This document shows positions 57,715-64,000 of a stretch of DNA of 64,000 nt, in pieces; position 1 is the stretch's first letter; every line of letters begins with the position of its first letter. A model generated the notes under the pieces. It saw only the letters and a list, made by a program, of their open reading frames with translations, was not told where the DNA came from and made no database searches. The translations under genes and the position numbers were made by a program. The DNA is from Parcubacteria group bacterium M10-OD1-1 (GTDB lineage: Bacteria > Patescibacteriota > Minisyncoccia > Moranbacterales > UBA2206). The stretch is taken from contig LSNL01000001.1 of NCBI GenBank assembly GCA_003056145.1, forward strand, positions 9,351-73,350. The letters are read 5' to 3'.

Positions 57715-59094
57715 TCAATCAATGAGATATAATTGTTCTTTGATATATTTTAAATCATTAGCTAATTTTTCATCTGTTTTTAAAATTTGGGTAATTTTTT
57801 CACAAGCATGAATAGCAGTTGTGTGATCTCTTCCTCCTAATTTACTACCAATTCCAGGATAAGAATAGTGTAATTCTTCTCTCATTAAATACATAGCTAT
57901 TTGTCTTGGTTTAACAATTTCTTGCTTTCTATTCTTAACAATTAAATCATTAATATCAACTTCATAAAATTTAGAAACAACTTTAAGGATGTGTTTATGG
58001 TTAATCCCTTTTTTTATACTACTGGCTATAATATCAGATAAAATTTTCTTAGTATAATCTAAATCTAATAATTCTTTAGTCAATTGAGAAGAGACAGCCA
58101 CTCTATTGAGAGCTCCTTCTAATTCACGGATATTATTTGTTATATTCTCTGCTATGAATTCTAAGGCTTCATTGGTAATTTCAATATTATCTAAAGAGGC
58201 TTTTCTTTGTAGGATAGCAATTCTAGTTTCTAAATCTGGCTTAGAAACATCAGCAATCATTCCACCTTCAAAGCGAGAACGGAGTCTTTCCTCTAAAATT
58301 TGAATAGCTTTTGGTGGTCGGTCACTAGAAAGAACAATTTGTTTATTTAATTGATAAAGATAATTAAAGATGTGAAAAAATTCTTCTTGAGTTTTTTCTT
58401 TTCCGGAAATAAATTGAATATCATCAATAATTAAAAGGTCTATTTTTTGATAATCCTCTTTAAATTTATTGATTTTTTGGCTTCTAATAGAATCAATTAG
58501 ATCACTAGTAAATCTTTCAGAAGAGATATATTTAATCTTTAATTGAGAATTATTTTTAATACTTTCATTGCCAATAGATTGAATTAAATGCGTTTTTCCT
58601 AAACCTACTCCTCCATAAATAAAAAGAGGGTTATATATATGTCCTAAATTTTGAGAAACAGCGAAACAAGCCGCTTTAGCTAGTTCATTACTACCACCAA
58701 CTATAAAATTTTCAAAAGTATATCTAGGATTTAGATTGCTTTGTGGACTAATTTGACCAGAATTAATATTATTAGAAGGAATTATTCTTTTAGGTGGAAT
58801 AATAGCATCTACGGGATTTTCTGACGTTTTTAAGGGGGAAGGTTTGTGTTTATTGGTTATTTGACAAGAAATAGATTGAATTTCTTTATCTAAATTTTTT
58901 AAAGTCCGTAAAATATATAAATTATACTTATTTTCTAGCCATTCCTTAGCAAAACCATTAGGAACACTAATAACAACATGACCATTTGTTTTTGATAAAA
59001 TGGAAGTGTTTTTAAACCAGGTAATAAAATTAGCTTTTGAGATTAATAATTCTATTTCACCTAAAGTGGCTTGCCAAAGTTCTTCATTTGTCAT
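57715..59094 (-). CDS. dnaA: Chromosomal replication initiator DnaA
   Basis: The AAA+ Walker A GGVGLGKTHL, the Walker B LLIIDDIQF, and a C-terminal DNA-binding domain support the call. It lies in the canonical rpmH/dnaA/dnaN context. Confidence 0.9.
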   Translation of the reverse strand: MTNEELWQATLGEIELLISKANFITWFKNTSILSKTNGHVVISVPNGFAKEWLENKYNLYILRTLKNLDKEIQSISCQITNKHKPSPLKTSENPVDAIIPPKRIIPSNNINSGQISPQSNLNPRYTFENFIVGGSNELAKAACFAVSQNLGHIYNPLFIYGGVGLGKTHLIQSIGNESIKNNSQLKIKYISSERFTSDLIDSIRSQKINKFKEDYQKIDLLIIDDIQFISGKEKTQEEFFHIFNYLYQLNKQIVLSSDRPPKAIQILEERLRSRFEGGMIADVSKPDLETRIAILQRKASLDNIEITNEALEFIAENITNNIRELEGALNRVAVSSQLTKELLDLDYTKKILSDIIASSIKKGINHKHILKVVSKFYEVDINDLIVKNRKQEIVKPRQIAMYLMREELHYSYPGIGSKLGGRDHTTAIHACEKITQILKTDEKLANDLKYIKEQLYLID

Positions 59095-59388
59095 AGCTGT
59101 ATGGGTAAAGAATTATAAAAAAATTATATCACAGACAAATTGAATAGTCTAAAGAAAAAAGTGGATAGGTTGTTTATAATATGTGCATTACTATTATAAA
59201 TAGCAACAAAAAAGATTTTTGTAAAGAGATTGGGAAAAAACAAGATCTTTTTGGTCAAATAAAGAGTTAAAAAGGCTATTAATAAAGAATATTTATTAAA
59301 CCTTTATTTAATTGACTTTTAGTTAGTTAGCTGGTAAACTTTAAATTACTTAAAGAAAAGAAAATTATTAGTAAGTTTTTAAAAAAAT

Positions 59389-59523
59389 ATGAGTGAAACC
59401 TATAAACCAAAAACCAAAAGAAGAAAAAGAAGACATGGTTTTTTAAAGCGTAGCCGTACATCAGCTGGTCAAAATATCTTAAAAAGTCGCAGACAAAAAG
59501 GTAGAAAAAAACTTTCAGTTTAA
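59389..59523 (+). CDS. rpmH: 50S ribosomal protein L34 (44 aa; below the ORF-track size cutoff)
   Basis: My translation gives [44 protein letters not shown] (cf. L34 MKRTYQPSKRKRKRTHGFR...RRRAKGRKRLTV). It lies upstream of rnpA. Confidence 0.85.
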   Translation: MSETYKPKTKRRKRRHGFLKRSRTSAGQNILKSRRQKGRKKLSV

Positions 59524-59596
59524 ATTTTAATTAAAATTGTTAAAAGACAATCTTAATTAAATTTGTTAAAAATACTGAAAATATTGAGTAATTATT

Positions 59597-59941
59597 ATGC
59601 TTCCTTGTGAAAATAGATTAATAAAGAAAAAAGATTTTACTGCTATTTATTCTTCTGGGCATAGTTTTTCTTTTAAGAATGTAATAATTAAAGTAAAAAA
59701 CAATAATTTAAAAGTTACGAGAGTGGGTATTGCTATTGGACTTAAATTTTCTAAAAAAGCAGTTAAAAGAAATAAAATTAAGAGACAGTTGAGAGAAATT
59801 TTTAGGAAGAGAATCAAGCAAATTAAAATAGGAAAAGATATTATTGTAATGGTAAAAAAAATAAAAGCAGAAGAATTTATTTTTTCAGAAATAGAAAAAA
59901 GTGTTCAAAAAGTACTTAAAGAAGGTAATTTAATGAAATAA
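59597..59941 (+). CDS. rnpA: RNase P protein component
   Basis: The RNR-type basic motif KRNKIKRQLRE and the position in the rpmH-rnpA-yidC cluster support the call. Confidence 0.8.
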   Translation: MLPCENRLIKKKDFTAIYSSGHSFSFKNVIIKVKNNNLKVTRVGIAIGLKFSKKAVKRNKIKRQLREIFRKRIKQIKIGKDIIVMVKKIKAEEFIFSEIEKSVQKVLKEGNLMK

Positions 59942-59953
59942 TTTAAACATCAA

Positions 59954-60751
59954 ATGGGTTTTTTATTTAATGAATTAGTTTATAGACCGTTATATAATCT
60001 TTTAATTTTTATTTATAATGTTTTTCCGTTTAGTGATTTTGGTATTGCTATAATTTTAGTTACTTTAATTACTAAATTTATTTTACTTCCTTTAAGTAAA
60101 AAGCAAATTGAATCACAAAGGAAAATGCAGGAATTGCAACCAAAAATAAAAGAACTTCAGGAAAAATATAAAAAAGACAAAGAAAAGCAGAGTAAAATGC
60201 TAATGGAGTTTTATAAAAAAAATAAAACCAATCCTTTTTCTGGTTGTTTGCCGACTATTTTTCAATTAATTTTTTTAATTGCTATTTATAGAGTTTTATT
60301 TAATATTTCTAACGCTCATTTAATAGTTAATGGTTCTATCTTATATTCTTTTGTCTCTAATCCAGGACAAATAAATCAATATTTTCTAGGAATACTTGAT
60401 CTTTCTAAGTCTGTAAATTTTTCTCAGTTTAATGTTAGTATGGTAGCCCAATCTTTATTAGTGGTTGCTACGGCAATTGCTCAGTATTTTCAGACAAAAA
60501 TGTTAATGCCAACTATTAATAAAAATAATCAATCTAAAACTAAAAAAGGTAAAGGACAAGATTTAACTCAAATGATGTCTAGTCAGATGCTTTATTTAGG
60601 ACCATTATTAACTTTATTTATTGGTTTTAAATTTCCTGCTGGATTGGCTTTATATTGGTTAGTTTCTACTGTGTTTGCCATAGGACAACAAATGTATTTA
60701 ATGAAAAATGGGGAAACAACTAATCAAAAAGTAGTTAACATTAAAGATTAA
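59954..60751 (+). CDS. yidC: Membrane protein insertase YidC (short Oxa1/SpoIIIJ-type)
   Basis: It has 5 TM helices and the conserved helical hairpin region. It follows rnpA. Confidence 0.8.
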   Translation: MGFLFNELVYRPLYNLLIFIYNVFPFSDFGIAIILVTLITKFILLPLSKKQIESQRKMQELQPKIKELQEKYKKDKEKQSKMLMEFYKKNKTNPFSGCLPTIFQLIFLIAIYRVLFNISNAHLIVNGSILYSFVSNPGQINQYFLGILDLSKSVNFSQFNVSMVAQSLLVVATAIAQYFQTKMLMPTINKNNQSKTKKGKGQDLTQMMSSQMLYLGPLLTLFIGFKFPAGLALYWLVSTVFAIGQQMYLMKNGETTNQKVVNIKD

Positions 60752-60768
60752 TATATAATTTTAAATAT

Positions 60769-61257
60769 ATGGAAACTCAAAATTCAGATCAAAATATCAA
60801 AGAAGTAATCTTAGAGACAGTAAAAGAACTAGTGAAAAGAATGGGAATTGAAATAGAGTTAGAAATGAAAATTCAGAAACAAGACGAACAAGAAAATATG
60901 ATTTGTAGTCTTAATACAGAAGAGTCAAATTATTTAATCGGTCAGTATGGTATTAATTTGCAAGCCTTGCAACATATTGCCAGGGTGATAGTAAGAAAAA
61001 AAATAGATCAAAAAGTAAATTTCATTATTGATGTTAATTCTTATCGCCAAGAAAAAAATGAATCTATTGCTTTATTAGCTGATAATACAGCACGACAAGT
61101 TATTCTTGAAAAAAGAGCGATTACTCTTCGCCCAATGTCTCCTTACGAAAGAAGACTAGTTCATTTAGAATTAGCTAAAAATGACCAAGTGAAGACAGAA
61201 AGTATTGGTGAAGGTAACGATCGACGAATTGTTATTAAATTGAGAGATTTAATTTAG
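60769..61257 (+). CDS. jag: Jag/KhpB-like KH plus R3H RNA-binding protein
   Basis: The C-terminal R3H segment (PMSPYERRLVHLELAKNDQVKTESIGEGNDRRIVI) and the position after yidC support the call. Confidence 0.75.
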   Translation: METQNSDQNIKEVILETVKELVKRMGIEIELEMKIQKQDEQENMICSLNTEESNYLIGQYGINLQALQHIARVIVRKKIDQKVNFIIDVNSYRQEKNESIALLADNTARQVILEKRAITLRPMSPYERRLVHLELAKNDQVKTESIGEGNDRRIVIKLRDLI

Positions 61258-61291
61258 GAAAGTTTATTTATATTCAAGAGTAATTTATTTT

Positions 61292-62725
61292 ATGCTTGTT
61301 GCTAGAAAAATAGCTTACAATATCGTTGTAAGTAGTGTAGCTAAATTTTTATCGACCATTTTAGCCCTTATTTCTATTGGGCTTATTACTCGTTACCTGG
61401 GGAAAGATGGTTTTGGAAACTACGCTACTGTTTTAGCTTTTTTAGCTTTTTTTACAGCGATAGCCGATTTAGGTTTGAATACAGTTTCTACTAGAGAAAT
61501 TTCTCGTCAAGGAGCTAAAGAAGAAGAAATAATTAGTAATATTTTTTCTTTAAGGATAATCACTTCTCTTTTGATTTTATTTTTAGCTCCTTTGATTATT
61601 TGGGTTTTTCCTTATTCTGTAGAAGTTAAAGAAGCTATAATGATTGTAGCAGCTTCTTTTTTATTTTCTTCGTCTTATCAAATTTTTAATGGAGTATTTC
61701 AGAAGCATTTAGCAATGGACAAAGTGGCAGTAGCGGAATTGGTGGGAAAAATTTTTCAAGTAGCTATCATTTTTTTAGTTATAGAATTAAAACTGGGATT
61801 TTTATGGATTGTCTCAGCTTTATTTTTCTATATGCTAATTAGCTTTATCTTAGTTTATATTTTGTCCAAGAAATACATAAAGATTAAATTTAAGATAGAT
61901 TTAAATTATTGGAAAAAATTTATTCAAGAATCGTATCCTTTAGGAATAGCAGCTTTAATTTCGTTTATTTATTTTAAAGTAGACACGATAATGCTTTCCG
62001 TCATAAAAAGTAGTACAGAAGTAGGAATTTATAGCGCTGCTTATAAAATTATTGAAAATATAACTTTCTTTCCAGCGATGATTATTGGTTTAATTTTTCC
62101 TATAATGTCGCATAATATTTTTTCTAATAAAAAGCATTTTCAGCTTATTTCTAATAAAACGTATAAGGTTTTTTGGTTATTAGTGATTCCTTTGGTAATT
62201 GGTACTCTTTTTTTAGCACCAGCGATTATTAATTTAATTGGCGGCAGTGGTTTTTCCCAATCGGTTATTATTCTAAAAATTCTTATTTTTGCTTTAGCTT
62301 TGATTTTCTTTAGTAATTTTTCTAATGCTATTTTAGTAGCAGCTAATCAACAAAAAAAACTGATGATAATTATGCTAATAGCGGCTATTTTTAATGTAGG
62401 AGCAAATTTAATTTTTATTCCTTTGTATTCCTATTTTGCTGCTTCAATTATTTCTGTAATAACGGAGCTTTTAGTTGTGGTAGGAACTTTTATAGCTATT
62501 TATAAAAAAATTAATTATTTTCCGAAAATAGAAAATATAGGCGGTATTTTAGGTGCTGGGATAGTAATGATTTTATTTTTTTTAACTTTTAATAAGCTAA
62601 ATTTTATAGTGGCTGGTGGATTGAGTGTTCTAATCTATTCTCTAGCTCTTTGGATTTTTAAAGCTATTAAAACAGAGGAAATAACAAGTTTAATAAGTAA
62701 AAAGGATATTAAAGAGTATGAATAA
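61292..62725 (+). CDS. Polysaccharide flippase (MOP/Wzx family, 12-14 TMS)
   Basis: It is hydrophobic with Wzx-like periodicity and is followed by glycosyltransferase genes. Confidence 0.6.
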   Translation: MLVARKIAYNIVVSSVAKFLSTILALISIGLITRYLGKDGFGNYATVLAFLAFFTAIADLGLNTVSTREISRQGAKEEEIISNIFSLRIITSLLILFLAPLIIWVFPYSVEVKEAIMIVAASFLFSSSYQIFNGVFQKHLAMDKVAVAELVGKIFQVAIIFLVIELKLGFLWIVSALFFYMLISFILVYILSKKYIKIKFKIDLNYWKKFIQESYPLGIAALISFIYFKVDTIMLSVIKSSTEVGIYSAAYKIIENITFFPAMIIGLIFPIMSHNIFSNKKHFQLISNKTYKVFWLLVIPLVIGTLFLAPAIINLIGGSGFSQSVIILKILIFALALIFFSNFSNAILVAANQQKKLMIIMLIAAIFNVGANLIFIPLYSYFAASIISVITELLVVVGTFIAIYKKINYFPKIENIGGILGAGIVMILFFLTFNKLNFIVAGGLSVLIYSLALWIFKAIKTEEITSLISKKDIKEYE

Positions 62726-63578
62726 TTTTCCTAAAGTTTCTATTGTAATCCTTAATTATAATGGAAAACAATTTATTTTAGAGGTCTTAAATAGTGTCCT
62801 TAAAATAAATTATCCTAATTTTGAAGTAGTTTTAGTAGATAATGGTTCAACTGATGGGTCTTTGGAATTAGTTAAAAAATCTTTTTCTAAAATAGTTTTT
62901 ATAAAAAATAGTGAAAATATCGGTTTTTCGGCTGGTAATAATATTGGAATAAAATATTCCTTAGAAAGAGGGGCTAAGTATGTTTTGTTACTAAACTATG
63001 ATACGCAAGTTAAAAGAAACTTTCTTGTTAATTTAGTAGCTATTATGGAGAGAGATAAAAAAATAGGGATCAGTAGTCCAATAATTTTTAAAAATAAATC
63101 TTCTCAACTTTGGTTTGCGGGGGGGAAAATTAATTGGTTAAAAATGAAAAGTCGACACCAAACTAAAATGATAAAAACTAATTATAAAAAATCTGATTTT
63201 ATTTCTGGTTGTGCGATGCTAGTCAAAAGAGAAGTTTTTCAGGAAGTCGGCTTATTAGATGAGGACTTTTTTCTTTATTGGGAAGATGTTGATTTTAGTG
63301 TGAGAGCCAAAAGAAAAGGTTTTAATCTTTTAGTTTCTCCTAAAAGCCAAATCTACCATTTTGAAAAAAGTGAAGAACGAAATAAGATAAAAGTTTACTG
63401 GCTAGTTTTATCGGGTTTGATTTTTTTTAAAAAAAACACCCCCTTAGTCTTTAAGCCATGGATTTTTTCTTATACTTTAATTAGAAAGATTAAAAATTGG
63501 CGAGATTTTAAGTTTCATCCTCAGAAAACAGCTAAGCTAATTAAAAAGGCTTACCAAGATTTTAAATATGTTAAATAA
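62718..63578 (+). CDS. Glycosyltransferase family 2
   Basis: The N-terminal GT-A block VSIVILNYNG...VVLVDNGSTDGS and a DxD-like segment (LLNYDT) support the call. Confidence 0.7.
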   Translation: MNNFPKVSIVILNYNGKQFILEVLNSVLKINYPNFEVVLVDNGSTDGSLELVKKSFSKIVFIKNSENIGFSAGNNIGIKYSLERGAKYVLLLNYDTQVKRNFLVNLVAIMERDKKIGISSPIIFKNKSSQLWFAGGKINWLKMKSRHQTKMIKTNYKKSDFISGCAMLVKREVFQEVGLLDEDFFLYWEDVDFSVRAKRKGFNLLVSPKSQIYHFEKSEERNKIKVYWLVLSGLIFFKKNTPLVFKPWIFSYTLIRKIKNWRDFKFHPQKTAKLIKKAYQDFKYVK

Positions 63579-64000
63579 AAAAATATCTATTTTAATTGTT
63601 AATTATCGTAGCGAAAAATATCTTGAAAAATGCATTGCTTCTTTATATTTAAAAATTAAAAATAAAATTGAGGCGGAAATACTTATTATCAATAATGATT
63701 CAAAAACTAAGCTTATTAAAGTAGCTAAAAAGTATCCTTCGGTGCAAATAATCAACAGTCAGAAAAATATTGGCTTTGGAGCGGGACATAATTTAGGAGT
63801 TAAGCAAGCTCAAGGAGAATTTTTATTTTTTTTAAATCCTGATGCGGAAATATTATCAGTCAATATTCAAAAAATAATAACTCTCCTTGAGAATAATACT
63901 AAGATAGGTATTTTAGGCGGAAAATTAATTGATGATTTTGGAGTAGTCCAGAAATGGAATGCAGGAGCTCAACTGGACTTCAAAGAGTTGATTAAAAATA
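63568..64000 (+). CDS. Glycosyltransferase family 2 (5' part; it runs off the window end)
   Basis: It reads MLNKKISILIVNYRSEKYLEKCIASL...IINNDS...FLNPDAEI. It overlaps the previous GT2 gene by 11 nt. Confidence 0.6.
   Translation, partial: MLNKKISILIVNYRSEKYLEKCIASLYLKIKNKIEAEILIINNDSKTKLIKVAKKYPSVQIINSQKNIGFGAGHNLGVKQAQGEFLFFLNPDAEILSVNIQKIITLLENNTKIGILGGKLIDDFGVVQKWNAGAQLDFKELIKN

Noticed and set aside
5295-58303. About 30 short ORFs from the six-frame track that lie inside or antisense to well-supported genes (e.g. 5295-5492, 13940-14194, 15339-15602, 16270-16527, 16881-17236, 17652-17909, 19099-19287, 19768-20007, 20254-20529, 21411-22010, 22346-22576, 22958-23182, 25617-25829, 30414-30785, 33942-34139, 38784-38978, 40814-41020, 43845-44033, 44552-44746, 46447-46635, 47269-47532, 48989-49282, 50045-50230, 50605-50833, 52013-52303, 52614-52832, 57113-57418, 58106-58303)
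   Set aside because: All are embedded in longer ORFs with clear homology on the other strand or frame. They have low-complexity translations and no start-site signals. They are typical shadow ORFs in AT-rich DNA.
1-64000. Search for transposases, integrases, phage structural genes, restriction-modification or other known defence-system genes
   Set aside because: None of the translated ORFs showed recognisable signatures, such as DDE/HUH transposase motifs, tyrosine or serine recombinase motifs, or Cas, RM or abortive-infection hallmarks.

Overview
This is an AT-rich (~30% GC), gene-dense bacterial chromosome segment. The gene content and style (compact GAD-less AspRS, short YidC, lamin-tail-domain surface protein, Fem-type transferase, few biosynthetic genes) suggest a reduced-genome lineage, possibly CPR/Patescibacteria-like. 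That taxonomic placement is inference only. The window spans the replication origin: rpmH-rnpA-yidC-jag on the + strand lies divergent from dnaA-dnaN-dciA on the - strand, with DnaA-box-like motifs in the flanking intergenic regions. Housekeeping genes make up most of the window: dnaG-rpoD, polA, mutM, holA, ruvA, ruvB, yebC-ruvC, ppsA, pyk, aspS, murE-like, femX-like, PBP1A, tsaC, tsaE, htpX-lemA, and an EmrAB-like efflux set. Two tRNA genes are present, tRNA-Ser(GGA) and tRNA-Gly(CCC), and each sits directly upstream of an aminoacyl-tRNA-related operon. The strongest candidate for an undescribed system is a translationally coupled operon on the - strand: tRNA-Ser, then aspS, then a YdfG-like NADP short-chain dehydrogenase, then a 671-aa fusion protein. 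That fusion joins a glutamyl-tRNA-reductase (HemA)-like Cys/NADPH domain to an AspRS/AsnRS-type class II catalytic core that lacks an anticodon-binding domain. The other notable loci are a cassette of a 7TM protein plus four consecutive ATP-grasp ligases (one fused to a retropepsin-like domain), a tandem-duplicated PilB/GspE ATPase fused into one 1005-aa protein and preceded by a catalytically degenerate DHH/NrnA-like protein, a GC-rich (~47%) orphan small gene with consensus promoter, SD and terminator lying divergent from a TrmB-like regulator, tRNA-Gly 24 nt upstream of femX, and a ~105-aa lysine-rich N-terminal tail on sigma-70. I recognised no CRISPR array, transposase or integrase.
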